A stretch of 64,000 nucleotides of DNA from Octopus sinensis (GCF_006345805.1 NC_042997.1:47802001-47866000); one strand, 5' to 3'. Counted from the stretch's first letter, positions 38,013 through 52,569 are shown. The notes: a model not told the origin generated them from the sequence alone. Program-made: numbers and translations.

Positions 38013-40003
38013 TATATGTATCCATCCATCCAACCGCATTCTTAAGAGCGCACGTGCCTATGTATTAGTATGTATATATGTATTTATCTATCTATCTAGC
38101 TATCTATCCATCTAACTACCTATATCCGTTTGTCAGTCAATCTATCAATATATCTATATATACACACACACATATATACATACGTATAGGTGAGTGTGTC
38201 TGTGCGTGCGTGTGTGCGTGTGTGTGCGTCCATATATATGTATGAGCGCACTTAATTGAGCACATTTTGTGCGATTATTTCAGCTGCCTCCCTCCTCTCC
38301 TTACGTCTATTTTCCGGTATTTTCCTTCAAATTATATTATTTGCGCCGCGTCTATCACCTTCATTCTGTTTGTCAATTTATCTTTGATATATCTTCTTCC
38401 TGTCTTCATGCATCCTGTTTATTGCACTGACGTAATAAACTAGGTATATTTTTCTGTTACTACTTTTTTTTTATATATATTTTATTGCTTTTCCTTGAAG
38501 AATGTATTGAAGTATATTCAATGCCTTTATTTTTTAAGTACATATTGACCAAAATGCCAAATATAGCCAGTCCGCTAATTTGTTCTAAGACATTTGTAAG
38601 GTGGAAATGTACGTTTAATGGCATTTGTTTTGATGGTAGAAGAGAAGTTTTCTTTAAAATCATCTGTGATTTGTTTAACACATTGCCATCGCCACGTGTA
38701 AAACGGGATGAAAGTTTGTAAGAAACCTGTCACGGATTATATCATCCTGAATTTTCTTCACTGGAAAGTGTCGAATCTGGTTTTGAATTAGCCGATGCTG
38801 TTATTCTCCAAAATTTGAAACCTTGTGCCAATGCTATAAATCAATACAATTCAAACCCAAAAGATAATCTTGATACGAAAAATTCTACAGACATGACTTA
38901 GATAACGTCAAAGAATAAAGTGTTACGATAGTTGATTCACTGGCTAAAAAAACTGATTGGCACGTGAGTGATTGAAAGAAAATCTTATTAGTTATTGTGA
39001 ATCGTTCCAATTTTGTATTTATTGCATGGTTCTTTCATATATGAATGCAATATTCCCTCATTATATATCAACATTATGCATCTACTGCATTTCAAGAAAA
39101 AGGGCCATTGGATCAGTTATAAATTGCAGCATAAGGATGTTTATATGTAGGTTTTATACTTCTAATTAATTTTGTTGTTGTTGTATATAATGGAGAGTAT
39201 GGTCACCTTATTTTCCCAATATTTTTTATCCAATATATTTTCTAATATCCTATTTATTTATGAATTCCTTCATTTTCTGCAAATAGACAATTTTGCTGGT
39301 TGTATTGACGAGTTTGATATTTTAGCAGTGTATTCGCATTCGTTTCTCTCGGTTATTTCTTAGCGTAAATTGTTTCATCATCGTTTGCTTTTTTTTTTTT
39401 TTGCTTTATCTCACCTTCTTAGTTTATTGTATCTGTCCTCCAACAGAAAAAGAGTATAAGTGCTTGAAATAATCTCACGTGAGTGGTGTGGGCTCGTATT
39501 TGTCGTAGACCAACAACCAACTAACACTAAAAACAAAGAGCCTTAAAACTACTGTCGTACAAAACAACACAATTACCAAATCTTGCATTTCATGACGTTT
39601 CTATATATATATATATATGCATCTCTGTCATCTTATCATCACACATATGAAACTCATTAACATCTCATTACGAATCACAAACTCAACTTGCAGAATATAG
39701 CCAAAAGATATGTGTTTGCATTTGAAAAGGACTATTACATTTCCTTGCATCTACCTAGATATGCGTGTTTGCGCCTCTGTGTGTGCGTATGCCTGTACGT
39801 GTGCATGCGAGTGTATATAGATGTGTATATATATATACATATATATATATATGTGTGTGTGTATCTGTATAAATGCTTATAACTATGCATAATCACATAT
39901 TTGTATATAAAGATATATGCATACATATCAGTATGATGGTAAGGATATATATATATATATAAAGATATATATATATATATATATATAATATATATATATA
40001 TAA

Positions 40004-40047
<44 letters not shown>

Positions 40048-41148
40048 CACGCGTATATAATATGAAATTATAAAAATTATAGATAATTCATCTTTAATCG
40101 AATTCACGAGCACATAAAAGAACGCATACAAAGAAAGAGGGATATTCAAAATAATAACAATCCAAAATGGCTTTCTGTGTATTCCCACAATATATAAACA
40201 GAAATAAACCTATCAAGCACATTTTTTCTCCTTTCAACAACGCCTACAAATACCGTCACTATATATATATATATTGACACATACACACGTGCACATACAC
40301 AGAAGCACCCCATCATCGTCTTTGTATATACACATACATACACTATCTATTATGATTATCACCCAAATCCTGTTAGTTTATATGAATATAACCGTATTGA
40401 TTTACATAAAACTCTGGCGGTGACGGAATTCATCTAGACTATTATTTTACTATTTAGACATTCGATTACCAGGGAAGGCAATTTTATGTTTCATATCTCT
40501 AGGATCAATAAATTCTATAAAGTATGTATCCGAGGTGAACAAATGTGGGATATAAAGTGATCCACAAACAAAGCTACCACCCAAACAATATTAGAAACAC
40601 GATATACTTTGATGTTAATTTACATAAAACTTGAACTTTGACCACACACACTCTTTGAGATTAATACACACAACACACACACGCACACACACACATATAT
40701 ATATATCATGTGTGTTTGTGTGTTTTTGAGTATGTGTGTGTTTGAGTGCAAGTGTGTGTGTATGTAATTTGTATCAGTTGACAATTTGCTTTTTGAGTCC
40801 CCGGATTATCTTTAAACTCGTGTTATTTTAGGGAGACAAAGGACGAATTTTCCTGATTGTAAAACTGTGGTTCCATTCCTGGACTGGTCTTTATGTGTTG
40901 TGCGCCTGAACAAAAGTAAAAAAAAAAAGACATTTCACTTCACGTTGTTTCAGATTAGCCATTAATAATTCTGCGAAAGATCAGCGTTCCATCCAATGGG
41001 TGGGGGGATTATATATGCTTATAAATTATATATGTCTTATAAACCTATGGCTCGAAGAACTGTTCATTCTTTGACCCTTCTGTATGTTTATTTATCTATC
41101 TATCGATCTATCTATCTGTCTGTGTGTGTGTGGCGGAAATATATATAT

Positions 41149-41202
<54 letters not shown>

Positions 41203-41356
41203 TATAGGTATGTATGCTTGTATGTATGTATGTATGCATGTATGTAAGGATGGATGGATGGTTGGATGGATGGATGGATATAAATATCAGGTCACCTCTG
41301 ACTTTCGTATATTTACGGCCGTTCCGCAACGTCTTTCGTAGTGTTAATTGTTCCTC

Positions 41357-41547
41357 CACCATCGCTTGACAACCGATGTTGCTATGTTTATTTCCTCGTA
41401 ATCTAGTGGTTCGGTGAAGGAGACTGATAGAATAATTACCAGGCTTACAAACAGTAAGTCCTGGGGTAGATTTGTTTTTACTCAAAGGCAATGCTCCAGC
41501 ATGGCCGCAGTCAAAATTACTGGAACCTATAAAAGAATAAAAGAGTA
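41357..41547 (+). mobile_element. SINE family A 3' half
   Basis: CATCGCTTGACAACCGATG...AGTCCTGGGGTAGATTTG...GCTCCAGCATGGCCGCAGTC...AAAAGAATAAAAGAGT. Confidence 0.8.
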
Positions 41548-42004
41548 TGTGAACGCGCATGTGTGCGTGTGTTATGCCCAATCATACCATTTTTCAGGCT
41601 ATTTTTTCATTGAATGTGTACTACGGCGTTATGTGTACGTGAATTATAAGATAGAAGTAGTAGAATCATTAACGGTAATCTGAGTGCCTTGCAGCAATTA
41701 TCCCGATTCCCTACTCTCTTAATTGGCATTGTATTGAGTCCCAACATTTGCAGTTCATCCTCAAGAGTTTAAACCATTACATTTTGAGACAATGACTTGT
41801 TGGAAATTTTGAGGCCTTACATGAGGTACTCTACGAAATGTATTCCAGTATCCTATCTTGTAATTGCAACGCCTTTGACACTTGAGCAAGACAGTATTAC
41901 GCTTGACTTCTCTTTTGGCCACGTAGATGTTTGAGAAAATTATATTCCATAATTCCATAATTATATAGTCAAACATATCTATAAAGCACAACAAAAGTCA
42001 TTGT

Positions 42005-42013
42005 GCATGCATG

Positions 42014-42098
<85 letters not shown>

Positions 42099-42163
42099 CA
42101 TATATATATATATATACATACATATATATATATATATATATATCATATATATATATATATAAT

Positions 42164-42206
<43 letters not shown>

Positions 42207-42219
42207 TATATATATATAT

Positions 42220-42259
<40 letters not shown>

Positions 42260-42330
42260 TATATATATATGAATGAATGTATGTATGTTGTGTATGTTTG
42301 TCAGTATCAGTGTGTGTGTGTGTGTATGTA
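42005..42330. repeat. Long interrupted (TA)n microsatellite
   Basis: Direct reading. Confidence 0.95.
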
Positions 42331-42953
42331 TATACCTCTATATGTTCTTTCTATTCTGCTTATATTTTCAACACACTCAAGGTAGTAGATAAATATACAG
42401 CTCAGCTGGGTTACTATAATGAAAATGGCGCCATCGAAATAAACTTTTAAAAAATTATGAAAACACAAATAAAAGCACAAGTGAAAAAAATATAATGAAG
42501 CAGACGGAATTGAGAAAACAATGAAATGAAATAAAACAAAACTTTTGAGACATCATTTACTTGGACAAGCAACAAAACCAATCAATTGTACGTTTCTTAA
42601 TTCCCCAAGATAAAGATAGAAACTCCAATATAATAGACTAGGGTGAGGTCAAATCTTAAAGTTCAATATAAGCAAGAAATACTCTTAGTAGAAGACAGCA
42701 ATGAGAAATAAATAAATTGAAGGCGACAAATTTCTGACCTGATGGGAAAAGATATTTTCAATTTATGTACATCTGTTTCTGGTGTCTCTACCACCATTTC
42801 ACTTAACCTATCTTTCGGTCTTACCCTCATTTCTCTATCTATCGGCGTGTCTATCTAAGCATTCAATAATTTTATCTATTTCTTTATCAATTCCTAACAC
42901 CATATGCACATACACTGAGTATATATATATATATATATATATATAATCGTGTA

Positions 42954-43015
<62 letters not shown>

Positions 43016-43367
43016 ATATGTAGGTATATGTAGATACGTATATACGTATTCATATGTATGTGTGCGTGTATGTATGCATATGTATATGCATGCACAGAAC
43101 GAGAGAGAGTTATTATCTGTGTGACTGTATATACGTATACGTACATTTAGTTGTTTTATATGTATGTACGGATGGTGTGATAATGGAAAGGTGACACACT
43201 TAACTTTCAAATGTGACCGTAAGTCTAACAGTGCACATTCTGTTTATTATTCGTTTTTATACACCTGTCAATGAAGTATATATACAACGAAACAATTCCT
43301 ATTCTTTTCTCCTTATTTTGTTTTTTTATTAGCTTTCACCTTGTTCTTCATTATATTGATTATATTC

Positions 43368-43988
43368 TAAGGCGGCGAGCTGGCAGAAACGTTAGCACGC
43401 CGGGCGAAATGCGTAGCCGTATTTCGTCTGTCGTTACGTTGTGAGTTCAAATTCCGCCGAGGTCGACTTTGCCTTTCATCCTTTCGGGGTCGATAAATAA
43501 AGTACCAGTTACGCACTGGGGTCGATATAATCGATTTAATCCCTTTGTCTGGTCTGTCCTTGTTTGTCCTCTCTGTGTTTAGCCCCTTGTGGGCAATAAA
43601 TAAATATATATTGATTATATTCATCTAAAGAAGGCAGCGGTATTTCGTCTGCCGCTACGTTCTGGGTTCAAATTCCACCGAGGTCGACTTTGCCTTTTTC
43701 GGGGTCGATAAATTAAGTACCAGTTACGCACTGGGGTCGATATAATTGACTTAAGCCTTTTGTCTGTCCTTGTTTGTCCCCTCTATGTTTAGCCCCTTTT
43801 GGGTAATAAAGAAATAGATATTTCGTCTGCGTTACGTTCTTATTTCAAATCCGCCGAGGTCGACTTTGCCTTTCATCTTTTCAGGGTCGATAAATTAAGT
43901 ACCAGTTACGCACTGTGGTCGATGTAATCCACTTAATGTCCTTGTTTATGTCCTCTATGTTTAGTCCATTGTGGGCAATAAAGAAATA
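43368..43988 (+). mobile_element. Cluster of three SINE family B copies
   Basis: Full copy 43371-43606 with target-site duplication TATATTGATTATATTC (43352-43367 / 43607-43622), then two copies (about 43630-43816 and 43817-43988) lacking most of the head. Confidence 0.92.
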
Positions 43989-46900
43989 TATACGTCTAAT
44001 CAAAACTGCGTTACTTGGTGAGATTTACGTATGGATTCCTTGAAATGTTATTAATGGATTTTGTTTATTTTTAGAATACTTATGTTCGTGTGGTAACTTT
44101 CTATAATCAGGGCATAATTTTTTTGCGAATTTTATAACAAGGACTTCAGACCTTGGTTTGTCAACCAGTTTATTTATTTATTTATTTCACTTATTTTATT
44201 TAGTAATTTATTATCACTTAGTAATTTATGAGAGATTACTAGGCTCAACAAATTGCTCACGGCACACCATGCAGACATTATCCAGCATATACAGCAAGCA
44301 TAATTTGTGTTGCTTTGATAGTTTTTCTTGTTATTTGAGGTTTTAAGCTTAACTGAGCAATGCATTCTACATTATAGCTTCAAGAAGAGCAATATTCTAA
44401 AGAAGAAGTGTATGATTCTATGAAACAAATAAAAACTGGAACTTATGAAGAAATTAGAGGTCGATGTTTAGGCAGCAAGCCAATAACTTAAAGTGTAACA
44501 ACGGATTATACCAACAGAAATCGTTAACCAAATATCATGTGGTGAGTGAAGATGCCGCTTTCTGATAAGACATATAAGAACAAAGAATTCTCTGAAATGG
44601 AAACTTAAGTCTAGAATATTCAGTTGAGTAGCTTTATATAAAACTATTACTTCTACCAAGTCGAATGCTTGGTGAAAACCGTCAACGATGTGCAGGTAGG
44701 ATACGATTTTGAAAGAATCAAAGGAGAGGTAAATTTTGTTTCTTTCTTAGCAGAAACATATGTTTGGCTCAAGTTCAAATCTTAATATCTAGTTTTTCTA
44801 ATCGACATTTATGGGCCATTATGTGATCCAGGAAATATTGATACAATGAACACATTGCCAAGTGAGAGTAGTTCTTAAGGGAAATCCATTGATGACTACT
44901 TTCGAAAGATCTTATGCTGAAATTTAAACCAAAATGCGAATCTTTTATAATTCTATTAGGAGCACGCTAGGACAAAGTTATGCACACTCGCAGCTTTCGA
45001 CGATCGGTTGGAGGAGATAGTAGTTTTTTACAATAAGTGTATTGAAGTATCTAAAACATTAGTGCGAACGGAACATCAATGGAGATTAACCTCATATACG
45101 AACTATATAATCTACATTTATTCTGCAAGCTTGCATTTCATACAAAATAAAGGAAATGACGCACATTCCAAATGACACGACGTGTCTTTGACTTCAATTA
45201 TATTACCAGTTGCTTTCGTATGCATATTGCAACATATCGTTATTTAACTTCCGCAAATCTTTTGTAACAAAAATGTTAACATCAAGATAAATCATTCACT
45301 TTTCTTTTCAGTGTTATATAACATATTCAGATTGCACCATACCACATTATAACACCAACAAAGAACGCATTGACGAAGCATTCAAAAGTTCACTCGCTAC
45401 ACATGTGTAATAAACCAGCGAAATATGTCAACACCACAATGTGATCAACTATCTCGTGACATAATTCCTCAGGTCTTTAATGGAAAGTCTTCAACAGATG
45501 CATTGATGTATCAGTCACTAAATATAATAAGATTAATATTAGAAATCTCCAGTATCATTACTGTCAACCTTCCCACGTTTTATTTAACCTTTACAAGTAC
45601 AGGAAAATATTAACACTCCATATACTTCGTAATGCGATTATACACCTGCAATGAGAAATTTTTGGCTCAGTGGCAGCAAAACAAATGAATGTCCTATGGT
45701 TTTTGTATTTCATGTTTACTTTTTGCCATCGCTGTCTTACATATATACATAAATTTTGACTTCATTAAACTATTTCTGCATGCATACATATGGGCTTTTT
45801 AGAAGGCAGTCACATGTATCTGAAATAGCCACAAAAAAGCTCTTAGATTTCAAATGACCATCTTAAACAATTAAAAGATGCCCTGGCTAGCGATGGTGAA
45901 GTGAAAGTACGATGTTGCTCACAAACAAGAAGGAATAAAGAAAAAAGTAGAAACTAATATATAAAATTTAACCGAAGTTGCTCACTAGAGCCATAGGGAA
46001 AAGGATGTAGTCACAAAATATATGAGGGGAAAGGTGTACTTTTATTAGTTATGCCTGGCCTGCTTTGGGAATCGCATTAGAATGGGCAGTACTATATGGC
46101 GCTGAATAATATATAGGGTAAATGAACATAAAGAAACGAAAGACAGATAGCGAAGGAACAAGATGGTCGGATCGGAAGAGTGCATATTAATTTTTTGCAA
46201 TTTATATTTGCTGTGAGACTACTAAGAGAGGTTATTCCAGACGAAAACATTCATTACAAAAACAGGAGGTGGAAAGAAAGGATTGAATATTACGGCATTT
46301 ATAAAATTTCCACTTAGTATAAAGTTTTTATCTACAGAAATCTTTGTGAAGTTAGAACCATATTCGTGGTGTACCCTTGTGTCTAGGACACCGAATATCG
46401 TAAGATAGTTTTAGTATTTCTCTATATTTTCTAGTTTGTTTCTAGAATATGTGTGGCGCTCCCTTAAAGTTTAATTGTATCTTTACAAGTACTGTATGTC
46501 TGTGTCACTGGATTCCGAATGATGCATCGATATTTGTTTTATGTCAAGTTTATCAAAGTTGTCCTGAAACCGGAATAATGTCTCATTCTTGGAAACATTC
46601 AGTGACGACGAATTAGGAAAACAGACAGTAAGGCATGTTAGACATCTAAGTTTGGATGCGTGTAATGTCGTAGTGGATCTGTGCAGGAGATATCATTAGA
46701 AATGTCATCTTTACAGTTTAACAGTAAACCTGAAGACAGAAGCAGTAATATAACAGATTCAAATCATGTTTTATTTGTTCTTGTCAGTTTAGCGGGAAAC
46801 GAACTCGGTGAGATTTGAAGATCATAGTGGAAGTGTATTTTTACATAAGATGTGCGATTTTAGCTTCTTTTTAGTTAAAATGATGATTAAAGAAAATTAC

Positions 46901-47712
46901 AGTGTTTTCTGTTTTCACGACCGATGATATTATTTTCGTTGTCAGTGATATTCTTTTTTCTATCTTTCAAATCACTGCACATCGTAATAGAGCTTCATTA
47001 TTAGGGTCTGATACGTTGTTAAAAGAGGCTTCGCTCTGCGATATCTTACATAACGTGAGAGCGATGTATTAATAGAATTCTTCAGATAGCGTGAGGGTAG
47101 TTTGAGTCCTTATTGTAGGATTTCCTTAATGTTTTCATATGGATAGTATCCACAAGTTTCTCCATTTAATGTGATGTCAGAAAATTATCTATACTGAGGT
47201 CAGAGTAACGGCCGATTTTGCAATATCTGATTTTTATTTAACAAATGTAACACTAAGAAGATTCAGCCTCAATACAACTTTCTTTCCCTGAAGTTAAATC
47301 TAAATTGTATCTAAAAGCAAATCTATTCACAAAAATCACCGGAATTGCTTCAAACTTGACGTCAGTGTAAGCACAGCCATTTTTCCTTACTTACAAATCA
47401 CTGTCAAAAGTTGTAGATTTTCTAATTTGCAAAAATCATTTTGACTACTGATTCAGTAATAGAGATGCAGTTTCTAGCGTAATTCATCATTGTGCGGGAC
47501 CATGTTCTTGTGTGAGAGTCCATATCCGTGTATCTGTGAGTGTGTATTTGAGTGCACCTCAGCTTTATTTATATGACATTCTTAAAAGTTAAAATTTAAC
47601 GGAATCCAAAATACTAGGAATTATAAAATCTCTACACAGTAACAACTGGCTGTACCAACGTTAGTGGGCACTCGTATATATGCACACAGATACACATTCA
47701 AGATCATATATT

Positions 47713-48120
47713 TGTTTCTTTATTGCTCAAAGGGGCTAAACATAGAAGGGACAAATAAGGACAGACAAAGGGATTAAGTCGATTACATCAACTCCAGTAT
47801 TCAACTGGTACTTATTTGATCGACGCCGAAAGGATGAAAGGTAAAGTCGACCTCGGCGGAATTTGAACTTAGGACGGCAAAAGTAATACCTATTTTTATT
47901 TCTTTACTACCCACAAGGGGCTAACCATAGAGGGGACAAACACGGACAGACAAACGGATTAAGTCAAATATATCGACCCCAGTGTGTAACTGGTACTTAA
48001 TTTATCGACCCCGAAAGTATGAAAGGCAAAGTCGACCTCGGCGGAATTTGAACTCAGAACGTAACGGCAGACGAAATACCGCTAAGAATTTCGCCCAGAT
48101 TGCTAACGACTCTGTCTTAC
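47713..48120 (-). mobile_element. SINE family B dimer
   Basis: Two head-to-tail copies flanked by TCAAGATC(A/G)TATATT (47698-47712 / 48121-48135). Confidence 0.9.
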
Positions 48121-48554
48121 TCAAGATCGTATATTAACAAGCAGAAGAGATACAGAAGTACTTTCAAATTTACTCTCTCATATAAGCTACAAATTTAAAA
48201 TCTTACTCGAGATAATGCATTTAAAATCGACGCAACGATGGTAAAAAGTAGATTCTGTGTTATGTTTATTACATTTCACTGGGGATTGCTATATCGAACA
48301 CGCATGCTGTTTTAACATGATGCATTTTCTCAGATTGTATTTCTGATTTTTTTCTTAGTGAGTGTGTACATAGCAGGATGCAGAATTTTCTTGGTTTTAT
48401 GAATAATTAACAGCAGTGGAAGTAAAACAGCAGAAGCATAAACAAATTGCAAAAACATGTAGAAGTGAATAAGCATCGAATTGAATATCAGTAAAAACAT
48501 CAGAGCTAAAAATGGTAGAATTGTATGCATCAGCAGAATCATACAAACAGTGCC

Positions 48555-48555
<1 letters not shown>

Positions 48556-48608
<53 letters not shown>

Positions 48609-48620
48609 TGTTGTTGTTGT
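48556..48620 (+). repeat. (GTA)n/(GTT)n microsatellite
   Basis: Direct reading. Confidence 0.95.
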
Positions 48621-49495
48621 TTTTGTAGCAGGAGCAGCAGAAGTCATGAAGTATGATATAAATATAGTAACAATAGCAACCTCATACAATGTTCTCCTTA
48701 AGAAAGAATACTATATGTTTTATGAACAAAAATATTAAACGCCGTAACAGCATTATCTTGAACCTGATTTTTCTATTTTCTTTTCACCAAAACTAATTAA
48801 CAGTACACCAGGTAATCTGGGGTGTTCTAATTTTTTTAAATACAAAATATGCCTTTTAGAAACCCGACACCGCAACAACTGCCATAAGCCAATGAGGGAG
48901 TATACCTGAGAGTAATTGACTTGCTTGAAATCACAGATTAGATATTCTAATAAATCTTTGTTGCTTCCAACAAGTGCGGATATATTAGTTACTGCGTTGT
49001 GAATATATTTTACACATAATTTTCAAACTATTAACCGCTCTAAGGCTTTGTCAGGTATGAGTGAACTATGACTAGTTGTAGATGTTTCAATATCTAAAAC
49101 ATATCCAATGTTGTCAGCATAGAAAGTAACGATGAATATCACCAACCTTCCACCATGGACATATCCCCATTTGCATTTTGGTTAATAGAATATCCTTCCT
49201 TCCGAATTTTGCTATTAATCTTCATAAATGCTTACGTTTCTTTTTGTCACGGTTATAAAATCAATAGATCAAAACTAGCCGACTCACTACCTTAAATACA
49301 ATAGCGCATGGTTAATATATTCTCTTATGCTTATAACCTCAGCCTTTCCACGAACTAGCAAAACACGTACCTTGTGTACGTGTGTTCGATATACTTTATA
49401 TCCCACGAGATACTTTAACTCATATTGGAATATCTGTCTATATATCTATCTATTTATATATATGTGTGTGTGTATACAATATATATATATATATA

Positions 49496-49707
49496 TATTG
49501 CCCACAGTGCGCCGAACATACAGGGGACAAACAAAGAGATTAAGTCGATTACATCGCCACCAGTGATTAACTGGTACTTATTTAATCGACTCCGAAAGGA
49601 TAAAAAGCAAAGTCGACCTCGCCGGAATTTGAACTCAGAACGTAACGGCAGATGAAATAGGGCTAAGCATTTCGCCCGCCGTGTTAACGTTTCTGCCAGC
49701 TCGCCCC
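49496..49707 (-). mobile_element. SINE family B, full-length monomer
   Basis: Colinear with the reverse of 43371-43606. Confidence 0.9.
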
Positions 49708-50163
49708 CTATAGAAGCTTTGTTTCATATAAATGAAATCCTTTTGTTCATAAGTTTGACTAGTCAGAATTCCCATCAAGAATACCAAAACAAACTTAGTA
49801 TACAGTTTTTCTGTTGGTAACAGATTTTCGTTCTACTGAAATAGTCGATATCCATTTGAGTAATAATATATCACATTTCACAGTACCATTCTTGCAACTA
49901 CTTATATGAATAGTGCAAGATATATTTGTGGTTGCGATAGAAATCTGATTACGCAACATCTTTCAGACATATTTTAACTACACTGTGGACATTATATTAC
50001 ATACATTATAAAGAGTGCCACAATTCATCGTGAATTTGATACGAAAATCTTTATGAAAGCTTTACAGGTGCATGTATTTCTAATTTTCTTTCTAAGTGCT
50101 ATTGTAACTGACGCTCTTTTTAAGATAAAACAAAAATCTTTAGACAATACATTCAGGAAACCA

Positions 50164-50632
50164 AAGCGAGATATAAACAGTAGCACTGACCTGTAAAGGA
50201 CGCGACACTTGGTTGGCAATTATATGTTACCATTCCGTACTGCTACTGTTTATATCTTGCTCAAAGATTTAATAGAGCTTATTTCTCCTTTTTCGAGATC
50301 GGTGACAGTTAATCACTGGAAAAAGCAAATAGCATTTTGCGAGTGAAATGAGTTTTCATCACCAGCTTATGATTAGCACAGGCTGAGGACAGGTAATCAG
50401 TCAGAAATTCAAATCCGTATGTATTACGTAAGGCCAAGGATGGGGTGATGACCTTCCCTCGCAAATACTAACCGGACACAGAATGTGCATCATTAGCCAG
50501 CTCGAGGATATGTCTTCCTGGGGCTATAAACAACAGTAGCACTGTCCTCTATAGGACGCCGCACATGGTTGGCAATTATATGTTACGATTCTGTACTGGT
50601 ACAGTTTATATCTCGCCTAAAGATTTAATATA
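50164..50632 (-). mobile_element. Unclassified terminally redundant repeat, monomer about 356 bp, same family as 57903-58305
   Basis: Internal direct repeat of about 100 bp (GTTGGCA anchors at 50212 and 50568); the reverse complement aligns with 57903-58305. Confidence 0.75.
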
Positions 50633-50637
50633 ACCTA

Positions 50638-50684
<47 letters not shown>

Positions 50685-52569
50685 TGGGATTTTGAGAATC
50701 TGTGTGTGTTTCTGTTTATACGTGCATTTACATTTGCAACGTGTGTATGCTTATACTTTATATCAGGAGACGCTATTCAATACAAAGGAACCTAATAAAT
50801 GCTGGAGAAATAAAGATACGAATCGAAAGCAGAGTGAAATGGGCGAAACGAAAAAAAGACTTAAGAAGTACATCAGAATAAAAACACGATGAGGCAGTGG
50901 AAATTCTCTATCAAAGGATGGTAAGTCGGTTTATTTGAGATATTAAGGTTATTATTGTTGTATATCAATTTAAAACTGCTAGTCATAGAAAACAGTTCGA
51001 AATAGTAGGGTTTTCTTTTCATAGGCTTGTTCCACCGTGTGACCAAAGGAATATTTATGCCTTTCCAGTATCCAGAATATCTGACAGATAGCAATAATGG
51101 AATACAAAATTTAAAAGCTTTTGCGGAAACAAGGCTTGGGCCATTCCTTTAGTTCGAAACTTAATATATATATTCATTCGTATTCGAAAGAAATTTTCTA
51201 ATTCTCATTTCCAGCAATCAAGCATGCATTTGCACTCATGCGTTAGTAACACTCAGCATACAGGACTGTAAAGCTAGGGACAAAATTATTTCACGTTACA
51301 CGCGAAACTCTGATGTTTCCCGCGATAATGCATACACTTTTGCCATGTCATATTATATTATGAAGCTTTAGTTTATATATGCAGTTTCAGTGCTTCTAAG
51401 ATTAAATTGACATGAAATATATTAAGCATATTATATAGAATATCATAATTTCTCTACGCATTATTTACATAGAATAGTTATTCAGTACTAAGATAAATAT
51501 TTCTATTTAATCAGTGGATTTATGATATATTTATGGTTTAAATGTGTTTTCGATTATACTGGATGCTGTGTTAAATTATACACCACTCCATGAATAGAAC
51601 TTCTCTATACATGTTTATATACATGGATATAATATATAATTGAAAGTGTTTAAATAAATGTACATAGCCAAATCCTTGCTTTACAGAGTGTTAAATCTTT
51701 AAAGAAACATTGGCCGTCACCAGCCAACATCTGCGAATCAACATTTTGTTCTAATAAAAGAGGCCTGAAGTCCAAAATATTATCAGAACAGAAAGTCAAT
51801 GGAGGTATGAATGTCATTCTTATTAACCCTTCGTCGAATCATATTTTCTCTCTACTTAAATACGATTCACCATTTAAATGTTTATAGTCTTAGAAGGTAG
51901 ATTTGAGGTTAATGCCATACATCTTTCGCTATTGATTTTCTTCAGATAATTTCTTAAACCTATTTCCTGTTATACACGCATCTGTAAATATTCATTACAT
52001 ACAAACATTCCCACATACATACGACCTACATATGCACACATACACACAAGCATATATGTATGTATGTATGTATGTATGCATGTATTTATGTATGTGTGTA
52101 TGTATGTGTGTATGTATGTATGTATGTATGCATGCACGTATGTATATGTACGAATTTCAGCATCAAAGACATCTATTCAAAACCCCACAGAATCTTCTAC
52201 TCCGTTTAAGAATTTATTACTAGGTGTCACTAGTATCGTCGCACTAACTGACCTGGTCACTGACACATTTGAAGTGAGATTGTAAATGTACGAGGTCAGA
52301 AGACTAAACGTGGGCATATTTTCTCATCGATTGAGATAAATCCTTGTTCCCCATGGACTGAGATATCTCGTTCGTATTTTGGTTGATATGAAGTAGTTTT
52401 GTCGTTCCACTTGTCTGTTAGAGTCTAATGATTTTAAACCTGTCACTTTTATCTTTCAAAATATTCCATTTTTCCCCCACATTGATACGGATTCGAAATG
52501 TAAGACAAAATCAATTAATTATATCTGTAGACTTGCATTTTAAATAACACTTTCTAGAGTAGAAAAGAG

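Noticed and set aside
38500-38860. Minus-strand peptide PVKKIQDDIIRD, faintly like MULE-type transposases
   Set aside because: Single weak motif with many stops; needs a profile search.
42422-42432. AAAATGGCGCC, YY1-like motif
   Set aside because: Isolated short motif with no other promoter evidence.
43371-43460. tRNA gene call for SINE heads (also 8134, 55193)
   Set aside because: A- and B-box-like motifs are present, but there is no full cloverleaf and each continues into a multicopy SINE body.
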